Below are positions 1 through 13,100 of a stretch of DNA of 64,000 bases, piece after piece. The notes below the pieces were generated by a model. It saw nothing but the letters and a program-made list of their open reading frames with translations, did no database searches and had not been told where the DNA came from. Every line of letters begins with the position of its first letter. Within the stretch, counting starts at the first letter, position 1. The position numbers were made by a program, and so were the translations under genes. This DNA is from Catajapyx aquilonaris (Eukaryota), in contig KZ538081.1 in assembly GCA_000934665.2 (NCBI GenBank), positions 62,001 through 126,000 of the forward strand, given 5' to 3'.

Positions 1-1566
1 ACATCGTCCCACGTGCCCATCCATTGAAGCCTCACCCCGACAATCAGCAGGCAGAGGGGGGAAGGGCCAAGGCACTGCTGGCATAGAGACTCTCACCGGA
101 CTCTGAAAGTTTACAGAAAAAAGGAGGAGTGGCTTGAAGATAGGCTCCGCGCCAGCGGACTTTGCGAATGCGGCCGGGGCCGCCCGAAATTACGCCCGGA
201 CGACCCCGGCCTTTTTCGACGACTAAACTACAAGAATTGAGCCTGCAAGTTTCCCCCCCCCCCCTTCGACGTCATGCACGTGGCACATGACGTCGAAGGG
301 GGGGGAACCTAGATGCAGGCAGTAAATCAGCCTCTCTTCAACATCATGTGCCAAGAGTATTAGCACATGATGCCAAAAATGGAAGATTTGTAGGGCGGTA
401 AGAGGAGGTGGGAAAGGATGCTGCTGATGACGGGAACAATCTGGGCTGCAAATGACTGGAAAGAGAAGAAAACAAAGGGGGCAAAAATAGGGAGACGGAA
501 AAATGATGATCATGTCAGTCAAGACTGCTGGCTTCCAGAGCGGCTGCAAATCACCAGCACTGGAAAGAGAACCAAAATTACATATTTAATTCGAAAACAT
601 AATAGAAAAGGGTCAATGCAATTACATGGAAATTGAACTTATTGCTTCCTGTGCACAGAAATTAGGCAAATTTTATCACCCTAACATTGATATTTCCCAG
701 CCACATCAAAAAAAAAGCTTCATTGACATTATCTCTTGTCAGTTTTCATCGAGAGCAATGCCACAGCTGATAACGGTCACGTTGAAGACATCCATAGCAG
801 AACGGATTAATTGGAAATGCTGTAAAGGAAATGAGCAAAGACTTGGAGCGCAGCACCAAAAGGTTTCCCCTCATTTCCCAATAGAAAGCAGATACATTCA
901 GAATGTCATTTTATTGTGGTCAGGTAATTCTCTCACTAGCCAACATTGCACAGGAGCCAACACTCAAATCCACGCAACTGCATTGAGACCTTGATCTCAA
1001 TGATACTGACCTACAGCAACATCTCGTCATGGGCATCTTCCTCTGGGCGAAGGAAATCTGAAAGCAACAGAAATGCGCAAGAATGTAAATCAAATCAGCT
1101 GAAACAGTTAACATGTACAATCCATTGTTATGCAAGACCCCACATACACTGAATAGTTTCAAAAGTCACGCGAGAGCAACGTGAAACTTTTGAAGTCACC
1201 CTACCCTGCGGCTTGTATGACCAGGTGTTGTCGTGATGCAGGATGAACACAACAGCTAATGGCCAATTAGAGGGTCACGTATCCCATAACTTTTGGCACT
1301 TCAGGTGCAGCATGCATAAACAGATGCACATTAATTCGAAATTATACACGACAATCACTGAATTGCTGCTGAAACTAACCCATAAAAATAATTTGCTAAT
1401 GGAAGGAGCTATCAGAAGCATCAATAATGGGGTGGTCAGTGATATGGCAGAACTCAATATTATTGACAAGCACATGACAATATAAAAGGAATTAACTAAT
1501 CTGCTCTAGTATGCAGCAGTGTCTAATTAGCGGCTATTTAAACCGCTTCCTAATATAATCAGGGCA

Positions 1567-1989
1567 CCAGTGAAGTTCACCTAGCATGAAAATTATCTAC
1601 ATGTCAATGTCACATGTAGAAATTAATGATGCTACAACACCTTGTGGCTCCCAACTCTTCCATATGCCTCATTAAATATCAGTTGGATTATAACAAAAAA
1701 TGTTACAATTACACACTTACATACTAATGCCATCTACAGTCTAATCTATCTGTACTTATCTATTCTTATAATAATAATACTAATAAATGCTCGAATCATA
1801 CAACTTATATTCTAATGTTGGTCTATCATCTCCACTTACAAATCTAATGTTATAATCATACGATGTATATGCTAATGAGGCATATGACAGATGTTGCAGT
1901 CACAAGGTGTTACTAAAACATGATTCGTCTACTAATTCATATTGTAAAATGGAATGCAGGTGATATTCATGCTAGAGGAACTTCACTGG
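1567..1989. mobile_element. Degenerate MITE/foldback with long imperfect inverted ends
   Basis: ccagtgaagttcacctagcatgaa...acaccttgtg...catatgcctcatta is mirrored by taatgaggcatatg...cacaaggtgt...ttcatgctagaggaacttcactgg. Confidence 0.6.
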
Positions 1990-3371
1990 CATATACGAGA
2001 AAAATGCCATTGAAGGGACGACTTCATTGAAAGACTAATGCACAGTACGTTCATGAAGAAATTAAGCCTTTGAGTAAAACATAATCAATGTCACAATTGT
2101 CATTGCTAGTTAATTGCAACGTAATCATTTCCTCACAGGTTCAATCAAATGTCCTAAGTATCCTTCGCAGTGAATACACAAGTAGCACACACCACCCCAT
2201 TTTGTGAGATGGCTGCTACTCAACTCATTGTTTCTATCAGTCAGACTGAAAGTTTCCAATGCAACTTTTTTTGCAAATTACACTGCCAGCTAGGCAGCTT
2301 TTCAACAGACTGCAGATGACTTCCTAAAGCATATTAACTTGTGACTTACAAAACGTAAAAATAGACCACAGTATTCAAAAGGCACATGCTTTTGACGAGT
2401 AACCCTCAGAAAAGGATTTCCCAAAAATCAATTGAATCACTGAAAACGAAATGGTCCCAAGTCCCCATTGGCCAACATGTAGACTTGGGACCATTTCGCT
2501 TTCAGTGATTCAATTTGCCTTGCGCAGTACTTTTCTTGTCAAATTTATCAGGCAATAATTAATAAATTTTTTTAAATAAATTTGAGCTGGTACAACACTT
2601 GACCGTCCTGAAATCACCTGTAGAATCACTTATGTACTTACCATTTCATGTAGGCTATTCGAGGCGTGTCATGTTCCGGCGTAACCCGATGACCAATTTG
2701 ACCCCACTGGTTGAAGGTTGAAGGTCGTTCAGTCCATCAGCTACATCGCATCGATGGTGCCTCATTATTCTCTGTATAAATGAAGATCTTATTAAAAATA
2801 TGTTCGACAATAATAAATGCTTAGCAGCCTGACCCATCGCAAAATGATTGAAGGTCACTTATTTGTAATGCAGAGCCCGTATGAATAATGTGTACATACC
2901 TGTTGTACTAGTCTTGCAGTATGACTGATCTGCTGAGTGTTGAGATGCACGTCCGTTTCGTCTCAGGTCTGGATGCAAAGAGAGGGACAAAAGGAGGGGG
3001 CAGGTGATCACCTGCCTATGTTTTTTTTAGTATCTGATGCACCAAGTGACGCAGTTCAATGCACAAAAATATTTCACTGAACAACGACCTTGCGCATTTT
3101 TCCAACAAGCCAAGGCAAGATGCATGATGGGACAATTTGTCCCATCATGCATCTTGCTTAGGACTAGCTTAATCAAAACAGTTGCGTAATAATTTGCAAA
3201 TAATTGTTTTTTTTTGTAACGAAGCTAAAATTGGCCCAGGTTCATCCGTCAAGTAAGACACATAATAAAACCAGGCCATAAAAAAGCAACATTGCCATTA
3301 TGAATAAATGCAATGTTTTTTTTTGCACATTTTTTATTACAATGACTAATTTTTCCAGTACATTGTCACTT

Positions 3372-5231
3372 TTAAGGCGTTGGCATAAATTCCGTTCCTG
3401 ACAGTTTGTCCAGCCCTATGTTGGCTAGGAGATTGTTGGATATGGCTTGTCCTCGAGTGCTGACCACACTTGTGATGCGGGGACGAATCAGTTCAAATAT
3501 ATCACGAGAATTTTGGTTGATCACCACGTTCAGAGTCTCTCCTGGAAGAAAAAAAATATACATTCCAATAATTAATAAACAATGCCCATTTTTAATTAAT
3601 TTCAAATTAATCACATACCGAACGCCTGATCGCCATTAAACGCTCCGTTTATCCTCAAACGAATATCTGTCGTTTGGATATCCAATTCTTTGAAGAATAT
3701 CTGCAGTCTTTCCTGGCCCTCGATTGTTGTCCTTACCATGTCCAGATTTATGTTGATTTTGACGTCCTCTGCAATTTTTTTCACGCGGTTTATTAGAGTT
3801 GAATGCCAATTAAATTTTTGGCGGACATCTCACCTAGGAGTATCCAAAAAGTTCCGTTTCCGGTGAGAGGCACGACCAGAATATTTCCGTCCAAAACTTG
3901 TCGTCCTGTGATCTTCAGCTGAGGAATTGTCACCTGGAAATCCGCCTTCATGTTGGGGTAGTCGATACTGAAATTAATATTTAATTTTTTACTGATTTTT
4001 GCTGCAGTTTATAGCCACCTGACTTATTAGAGAAATGATGTCACTTTAAATAAACCAGCAGTGGGCACAAATGTAATTTTCTCAATATTTTCAGCTGTAC
4101 TGTACGTAATTACGAGTGTAATTACTTACTCCAGTTTGGTGATTTCGAAGTCCTTGCTGCCATACACTTTAATATTGGAGAAGTGACCATTGATGATAGA
4201 GTTTCCTCCCTTCTCAGTGAACATGACATCGTCAACCTCCAGAGGCTCCAGAGCTGGCAAGTTTACTTCAGGTACACCTGAATTGTTTAAAATTAATTAC
4301 GATGCATTAATTAGTAGGCTGATAACAATGTGCAACTTTGTTTTTCCTCATTATACTGTGGGCTATGCACCAACTCCTTCACAAATCACGCAAATCTGAC
4401 GCTCCCAGCGAGATTTTTTAATACAATAACTCCTTTTTTTATGATAAAACTTCATATCCCGCCTCATTTCCACGTTTTTTTTATTACGCCCACCACACAT
4501 TTTAGCCAAGCCTTTTCTTTTGTAAGTATAGTTAAGATTATACACGCCATGTTCATTATCTCATTTTCTGTATGATGGTGTATGTTGATGCATTACGACT
4601 TCTTTTTTTTTAATGTTGCAGTGATGGCGTAAAGTGATGGCGTATGCCCCCCGGTTATTACTGCATTGTTGTGGAATATAATATTATTAACAAACAACTC
4701 ACCGTTTGCTATGACATCCTTGTGCCTGTGAATCGAACTGACTATGCACGTCTCCAGCTCCCCTCTTGGCACACCCTTGCAGTTTCCAAATATTATAGCT
4801 GAAATCAAACAATGATGAACGAATGTTGAATACGTTATAGGCATAACTTACACTGATAAAAAAAATATTAAAATTACTATGATTGTCAGCAATAAAAATC
4901 AGAAGCAGAAAAGTGGCAATTTACACTACTAATATTGTAAAATATTTATTTAAAAAAAATGTTGCACGTGTCATACGAAAAGTTATTAACGAAAGCTGAT
5001 AATATCCATCCTCTTTTTTTACAGTGTATTTAATCCTCCTGATTAATCATCAGGCATCAGATTACCTGTGCATGTCAGACTTTGACAGCCATTAAAACTA
5101 GTTCTATTTTTACGCACTATTACAAAAAACAATAACGTTTTGAAGGTCAACCTACGCCTTTGTGTCGTCTGTCCATTTCCAAGAGAAGCGACGCACACGA
5201 CCAGAAGAGCAGCCACATGTGATGGTCCCAT
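3372..5231 (-). CDS. Takeout/haemolymph juvenile hormone binding protein (JHBP) family, paralogue 1 (~257 aa, secreted)
   Basis: Exons 5231-5156, 4798-4703, 4277-4130, 3967-3834, 3768-3619, 3541-3372 join in frame via GT-AG (774 nt). Signal peptide MGPSHVAALLVVCVASLG, N-terminal Cys pair, GVPEVNLPALEPL, GNILVVPLTGNG and AFNGDQAFGETLNVVINQN are takeout/JHBP hallmarks. AATAAA follows at ~3332-3337. Confidence 0.88.
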
Positions 5232-6540
5232 GTTCAAACCTCTGCAAATAAATAAATAAATTTTAAATAAATAAATAAGCAGCGACTCCCCCAAAAAGGG
5301 CTATGCCCCCTCGAAAGGGGCTACATAATAAAAAATTTTTTAAAAAATAATAAAAATAAGCAGCTCCCCATCCCCAACATGGAATAAAATTTCTAGTCAG
5401 CCAGTCTTTGTACACAAATAATAATGACCTTGGTGACATAATGACATTAGAGTGTGTGCCCCTACCTGTTGTGCCGAAGCCAGCGAAGGTACGGCCTGCT
5501 GCTTCTTTCCTCCGATTCTCAGGCAATGAGAAGATCTTCTGGCGAATGGTGGGATGAAGGTGGTGCCTTTTATTTTTCTTTAAATAAAAAAATGCCTCCT
5601 TCTTACTAACCAAAGAGAGATAAGGAGTGTTGAGAAAGAACAACCGGCACGTTTCCCTACTTGGATTGCACCTCACTGACAATGCCAGAAGAAGGCCTTT
5701 TATATTACCAAGTTTTCTGCATGTTTTTTTTTCCGTCGGGTCAAGGTCTAACCTCCAACCGGCAATTATTTGGCGAGTGTGGTAAAAAGACACGCGGATC
5801 TCTTTTCTTTTTACTTGTTGTTTTTTTTGTTGGTTCCTGTCTGTTTTTTTGTGGGATTTCCCTCGGGGGGTAACCAGGAAGAGCAATTATTGGTCAATTA
5901 GAGTTCAAGAAAGAAAAAAATGGGACATACGTGTTAAAATAAGGCGGAATATATTCAGCAAATTGTAAACTTAGGTGGAAACGACCAGAAAAGTTTGTTG
6001 CTTATTTTTCACACTTTTCTTGCTCTTTTCCAGCTGGATTTTTTTTTCTGGAGACTGCACAACCTAACCTTATGGCCATTAGAGTTCATAATTATTCATA
6101 ATGACGACATTGATAGAAACGAGAGAACCTCGAGTATAAACTCGCGCGATCACAAAGAGAATAGGTCCAAACGTTTCCCATGTGAGCTTATCATATTCTC
6201 TCTTTCCTTTTTATACAATTATTTATTTTTAATTTTAATTTTAATATTTTGTATGATTTAATTTTAATTTTTAAAGGCTATATGTATTTTTAATTCAATT
6301 TTTTTTATTTGTATGTGTTAATTTAAAAAGTTACATTTGTATGTTTTAATTTAAAAGATTTATATTTGTCTGCTTTAATTTTAATTTTCATTGTTGTAAT
6401 ATTTTATACTGTATTTTCACATTTTTATACTTAAGCTTATATATTTTTTGATGATTCATTTGATTTCAATAAATGAAAACTATATTCTATTTTGGAAAAC
6501 GTCTAATTTAATAAGGCCTTCACTTAGATACATATATGGT

Positions 6541-6549
6541 TTATTATTA

Positions 6550-6609
<60 letters not shown>
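6541..6609. repeat. (TTA)n microsatellite
   Basis: Read directly; others at ~12043-12085 (ATATA), 14428-14478 (ATC), 15044-15077 (TTTG), 56296-56358 (TAT), 60068-60114 (CT). Confidence 0.95.
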
Positions 6610-6610
<1 letters not shown>

Positions 6611-8722
6611 ACAAGACAATAAATAAAAAACTTAAATAAGTTATTTCATTTTATATTCAAATTTTTTGTATCCGACTTTTTCAGCTGAAGAACGTTTAGG
6701 GCGTGTGTAAGGTGTATTTTGTGTTATTCGAAGGTCCTTATCATCGTGAGACAATCTTCTTCGCGTTTTTTAAAAGAAAAATTACGTCTCGCAGGGACGG
6801 ATACCCATCGGAAGAAAGAAGAAAATAAGTTGTTTTCACCTTTATTTGTGTGTATGGACTGCCTTCAAAAATATTTCGTGCAGGACACACAGGAAAATAA
6901 AAACATGCAGTATAGTTTTGGTCGAAGGATTTTCTAAAAACAATACTAATATATTTATTCTTCTTTCGAACTTTTTTCTCACATGGATATTGTGTGCTAA
7001 GAATATTCCGAGAAAACGGAATGGGAATTTCCAACTGTGTGTGATTCACAGGATAATTATTCGACTACTGGAAATTTTAGCCCACAATTCGCAAGTTTTT
7101 TTGTCAATATTATTTATGCTTTCTTGGGGAAAATTGCGAAATTTCAAAAACCAGTAATTTATGGTATATTTTGCTTAGTATAGTGACGTTTACATTTTTT
7201 TTTATTTCACCTAGCTTAATATTGCATCAATAAGTTGGTCTTATCCAACTGCAGTTGTATAAGATCAATATATTGTGATGTAATGCAACTGCAGTTGTAT
7301 AATTATGATATGATATACCGTAATAATTGTCAGTTTTTTAAGACTGCAAGGAAATTGGAACCTCCCAAAAAACTCGTTGATTATTATAACAAGATCCATG
7401 CAAGTTCTGATCTATAATTCCTGGGCAACCATTGGTTTTATTTGTCTGGCGAATGAGAAATCATCGAACAAAAACATTCGCACCAAGTTTGCAAAAAATA
7501 AAAAATAAAGCTGTTGACATATTAATTGGGTAAATTTCAGCACCGCATATTTCCTTTATATGACTTTTTAAAACATAATATTAGTGTCAATCACTAATTA
7601 TCATAATGAACGCTTGTAATTTGTCAAACGTATTATTGCACTCACTGTCTAATGTTCCTTGCAAAATTGAAGATGCGAAAATGTGGTTCTTTGTACATGT
7701 AAGTGAAGATGGGAGAATACAATGAAAGCGCAATTTATATAAATTGCTCATTATGCTGCTCTTTGTAAGGACGTCCTTGAAAGCACTTACCTGACTGTGG
7801 TGACTCCCTGTGTGACTGGCATCTTCCGCAAAACTGTTGATGTTTTTATTGCCTGGATCCGTCATGCTTCATGACACGATCAACCACCCTTATTAATTAT
7901 AGAAAGACCATGGACATGCACATCACATAAAATGATAATGTATTTATTTTAAACCCGATATATCCGCACCGCACTGGTTTATTTTCCGCCTCATCCGGGT
8001 GATAATATCTTAGAAATTACTTGCTATTCCGTAGATTTTTGTCTGTGCTCAAGGACATGATGGAAGTTCTTTGCAAGTGCCGTCACATTTAGGGGAGGAT
8101 ATTGCACCGATTATAAACATGTTTTGCAAACCTGTATTCGAAGAAAAAAAATCGTTGCATTGTGAGATAGTACCGTTATTTTTATACAATTTCATTGTCT
8201 CGACATTATTTACTTTCGTGTGGTTTACCATCATTTATATTAGTAATTATTTTATTTGTTTTATTATTTAAATACGCGTTCCTAGCGGTACCAGTAATAT
8301 GGCCATGTTACACCACGTTATTGTTCTGTACAGCTTTAATTTTAAAAAACAAAAGTACGATCATAATTAAATCCCTGCACATTTTCATTTTACATTAAAT
8401 CTCGTTTTCTTTCAACAGTTTCATTCTTTTAACGCCATTATTCATTTTTAATTTCAGGAATTGAAGGAAATCCAATGCAGAGTGGTTATTAAATATATTG
8501 TTTATTCACAACCCTCTCTGTTGTATATCTTGAACTCTTCTGTCTGGACGTGCGTGAAAAAGAATTCTGCGAACTTCTTACCCATGCATATAATTCAGAT
8601 GTCCTTCGCATGTACAAAGAGGCGCAACTAAAGAGTATGCAAATTTTTTACCCTGACTTAGTTCAGGCCCTTAATAGCAAAGAATCAGGCACATTTTGTC
8701 TCTGAAAAATTGTTCTTGAAAT

Positions 8723-8935
8723 GGGCCGAATTCAGAGGGGTTGCTTAACGTAAACGCGCCCGATTAAAATCCTTTAGTCATCCTCTATTAGCAAATTTAA
8801 AAGTGCTAGCAAGTGCGATTAGGCGCTAATAATCGCCGTCTTTGTATTAGCAGGTTGATTAAATTTGCTAATCGAGGATGACAAAAGGATTTAATCGGGC
8901 GCGTTTACGTTAAGCAACCTCTCTGAATTCGGCCC
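8723..8935. mobile_element. PIF/Harbinger-type MITE, copy 1
   Basis: ~75-bp TIRs starting GGGCCGAATTCAGAG; near-identical to the copy at 42002-42221; TSD degenerate here. Confidence 0.85.
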
Positions 8936-8981
8936 TATTTTAGAATTATATTTTTTAAATATGAAAAAAAGAAAAAGGTTT

Positions 8982-9107
8982 TGTCAGAAGTGGGATTCGA
9001 ACCCACGCACTCTCACGAGTACCAGAACGCCCCTCGATAATCCCTGGAGAGAGTAGGGATAAGCTCGCGCTTGAGTCTGGCGCCTTAGACCGCTCGGCCA
9101 TCCTGAC
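8982..9107 (-). tRNA. tRNA-Leu-CAA: tRNA-Leu(CAA) with 42-nt intron (9028-9069)
   Basis: Minus strand GTCAGGATGGCCGAGCGGTCTAAGGCGCCAGACTCAAG[intron]TTCTGG...GGTTCGAATCCCACTTCTGACA; intact A and B boxes, long variable arm (ACTC/GAGT stem), intron one base 3' of the anticodon, oligo-T Pol III terminator at ~8964-8976. Confidence 0.96.
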
Positions 9108-9526
9108 ATTCGTGTTAGACACTCTCTCCAAAGCCATACTAACTCTTTCTAGGGCTATCGCACACACTACTACGTGAAGGTCGCTTATCTTATTACTTAC
9201 GTCAGGGCAAAACAGCTGGCTATACCAGGGTTTATTTCAGTCCGACCTTCGACTGTGAACTGGTACTTTCTCGCCATCTCACATCGCCTACAAAGGTTCA
9301 TTTAGTTTAAATTAAATTATTGAGATTTAGTAACCTATCATTGGGTGGTTTTTTTTAAATAGCTAGAATGATAATGTCGGTTAAACCAGCAAGTGACACA
9401 CTGTGTGTAATTTTTCTGCACAGACACCGATTTTTTTTATTTATTGTGGTACACAAACTGAAACAGGAACAACATAACTACATACATCCATAACTTTTTT
9501 TTGCATATTTGCATGTGACACCTTTA

Positions 9527-9655
9527 TGCCCGATTGCACCAACCTAAATTACCGATCCGATAGCTCCTAATGGATCGTTAGCAGCCCTTTTAACATGTGC
9601 GCTAACGATCTGTTAGGAGCTATCGAATCGGTAATTTCGTTGGTGCAATCAAGCC
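9527..9655. mobile_element. Small palindromic Harbinger-like MITE
   Basis: gattgcaccaac...aattaccgatccgatagctcctaa is mirrored by ttaggagctatcgaatcggtaatt...gttggtgcaatc; TTA on both flanks. Confidence 0.75.
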
Positions 9656-9681
9656 TTACTTTAGTTGTCGAGATTTTATAG

Positions 9682-9803
9682 GATGGAATTTCGTCCCACT
9701 GCTAGTTGCTGCTAACTTATAGCAATGCCAGTGTTGGCAATTGTAGCCTACTGCTAAGTTAGCGGTAGCTATAGCCTAGCAATGGGACGAAAATTCGATC
9801 CAT
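9682..9803. mobile_element. Short palindromic MITE family with (ctgctaa/ttagcag) core; relatives at ~28799-28895, 48797-48873, 48911-49001
   Basis: Shared ends gaattttcg..cactgcta / tagcagtggg..gaaaattc in four dispersed copies. Confidence 0.65.
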
Positions 9804-10145
9804 TGTCACTTCACATTTTGCCGAAATCATACTCCATGAATATGTTTCGCAGAGTAAATTGACTGCCATCCATAAATCATAGTAAACATTTTATATCTAC
9901 AGTATTTATATTTAAAAAATTAATACATATGTGCACTGTTGCATTTACTTAATTGCATTGACGGTATGATACTCGCAAAAAAAATGTCTCATTTACCACA
10001 CGTAATTATCTCAATTGACTCGCTCCAAAAAAAAATGTTGAGACTACACTGAACATGTTGCAGAGATACACCCACACAAAGTACCTGCAAATAATGACTG
10101 TTGACGTACGTTTAGTGTCCATAGGAATTAATCTCATTTTTTGCT

Positions 10146-13100
10146 CTACTGTGCTTTCAGACTTTGCTCGCTTAAATACTCGGCCCCAGGAAGAGACTCG
10201 AGAGGAACTTGTCGCAATACCTGATTGCTAATTATTTGCACCACTGTTCCTACCCGCTCCACCACCTGAGGCTCCACTTCTTCCAGAATGTCCTGGGAAT
10301 TCTCGTTAACAAAAGCGTTCACGGTCTCTCCTATACAAAGAATGAAAATGGACAATAATTAGTCTATTACAATAGTTGAATAAGTGTGCACGAAGCTCAC
10401 CAAGAATAGGATCTCCATTAAACAAGTTGTTGAGTCGCAGCCTGATGTTCTGAATCCTGAACCTGAAGTCTGTGTCTGTCAGCTGAAGTCGTCGTTTTCT
10501 TCTACTGGTCACGTCGCCTGATTCGACCAGAGACGACACTCCACTTCCAGCACCACCCTCTGAAGAAGTAGTAATACCATCTAGTAATGCTGGAACTAAG
10601 TGCAATTATTGACAATGTGTACAGCAGTTTACCCAGCAGGAGCCAGAAGGGTCCTGATCCTCTAACTGGCACGATGAACACTTGTCCATTCAGTTCATAT
10701 GTTCCTGTTACCCTCAACTTGGGTACGGACACGCCGTACTGAACCTTACGTCCTTTGTAGTCCACTCTGAAATATTATTATTAAAAATTATTGCGCTCGG
10801 GGGGAAAAAAAATTCAGGTATGCAGAGATGGCACACTACCAGGGAGCATATACTACATATAAGAGGCGCAAACATTCGATTTCCGCGTCTCTCTGTTTGG
10901 GTCGTTGCCAAGGCTGGCGGCCATTTTGAAGTGTGGGCAACGCCAACGAGGTATAAATAGGGTACAGGCAAAAATAGGGTCCGCCATCTTTGATTCGCGC
11001 GTGTTCTTGCCATGTAGTTGCCATGGCAGCCAAAACCATCAAAGATGGCAGACCATATTTTTGCCTGTACCCTATTTATACCTCGTTGTCGTTACCCACA
11101 CTTCAAAATGGCCGCCAGCCTTGGCAACGGCCCCAAACAGAGAGACGCGAACATCAAAGGCTCCGACAGCAGTTTGCGCCTCTTATGTAGTATATACTGC
11201 CACTTTCAGGGTCGTGCAAGGGGTAGTGGTACTATGTTCACCTACCTTCTTGGGGGACAATCATGGGCACAGGCCTACTTACTTGAGATCAGTCATGTTG
11301 AAGTCGGATATTCCTTGTACGATGACGTCTGTGAAGAGAGCTTTGATGGCCACGCTTCCAGAACCTTCAGTAAATGCGATGTTCTCCAGCTGAAGTGGCT
11401 CCAGGGGAGGGAGCTCGATCTCTGGAATGCCTGGAAAACCCCCATCAGACAAGATTAATAAAAGAGTACAGAATAAATGTATACTGATGCAATGAAAGTA
11501 GAGAAGTGAACTGACCATTTTTCAACAGCGGTTTCAGGTCTTGCACAGTTTGCATGATGCACTTTTCGATTGCGTCAACTTGGGAGTGCTTGCATTTCCC
11601 CAGCGTTTCCTCTGAAATGTAGAGGAAACAATGACACATTTAGTTTTTTTAACTCTACATATTTAGTTTTTTTTAACTCTACATATTTAGTTTAAAATGT
11701 ATGTACAGTAAAAGCATAGTCAGTTTTCTCCGGCCCTAGATTTTTCTTTCTTTGAAAACACGGAAGAGAATGGTCATTATTTTCCAGCCAGTCATTTCGC
11801 CGAATATATTTCCTGCTCCACTGGCTTATTTGTCGTGAGCTACACTTCACTTTTTTTTTTACTTACTTACTTACTTAACTAGCGTGTCATGACTCTCCTT
11901 ACATTCTTACAACATCGCCATCGCACCCCTAAAGGTATGATTAGCTTAAATCCCAACATTTCCTCTCAACTCGTATAAATGGCCAGGCCCGATGCACACA
12001 TTCAGTCCTGGATTAAATAAGTAAGCAAACAAGCAACAAATTAATATAATATAATATAATATAATATAATATAATATAATATAATAAAATATAAGTACAG
12101 GGATATTATATTATGCAGTCGAATCCGGATATAACAGACTTCAAGGGACCGCGGAAATCAGTATGTTAAATCAAGGTCTGTTATAGCCGAATGCACAGGC
12201 CATATATGGAAGTATGCTGGGACCAGCCTCTCGAGTATGTTATAACCGAAAGTCTGTTATAGCCGATGCTGTTATATCCGGGTTCAACTCTGCATTAATA
12301 TAGGGTATAGTCTAAATAAAAACTAAAACTAAATAAATGGAACTACAGTAATATAAAACAACGTATTATGAAATTAATTTATGTAGAATAAATTTATGTA
12401 AAATAAATTGATAAATATAAATTAATTTATACAAAATAAATTTGCTGATATAAATAAGTGATAAAATATTTTATGTGAGTTAAAATAAATCAATATAAAT
12501 AGCTTAACAAAAATATAAAATAATATAAAGATTGATACAAAACAAAGGTAAACTATCCAAAATAAATATATTTATCTAGCTATAAATAACTAACCTGAAA
12601 TAAATGCGAACTAAGTAAGTAATAAATTCATATAAATTAACTAGTATAAATGCTACCTTAACAAATAATTATATAATTAATTAATAATTTAATATGAAAT
12701 ACATATAAATAAATGTAAACTAAATAAATATAAAATACATATAAATAAATGCAAACTAAATAAATATAAAATACATATAAATAAATGTAAACTAAATAAA
12801 TATAGAATACATATAAATCAATGTAAACTAAATAAATATGAAATACACATAAATAAATGTAAACTAAATAAAATATGAAATACACATAAATAAATTTAAG
12901 CTAAATAAATATAAAATACATATAAATAAATGTAAACTAAATAAATATAAAATAAATAAATATTGTACAACTAACCCCTCACTTTTTATCAAACAGAAAC
13001 AGCGGCCTTGACACTTCTAATAATAATATGAGCAAAAAGCACAGCAGTGTATGACCGAAAGTGACGTATACTAAACATATTATTTGTTCATTTATTCACA

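Noticed and set aside
1..85. Possible signal-peptide exon MPAVPWPFPLCLLIVG on the minus strand at the window edge
   Set aside because: Too short and truncated to support; the donor phase does not match the JHBP first exons.
5263..5886. 207-aa ORF
   Set aside because: Non-ATG start, homopolymer-driven composition and no recognisable domain.
10714..11458. Overlapping ORFs repeated at 34102-34515
   Set aside because: Translations of the palindromic MITE and antisense frames, not genes.
12976..13091. First coding exon of JHBP paralogue 2
   Set aside because: All frames hit stops before a phase-compatible donor; 13867-13801 fits properly.
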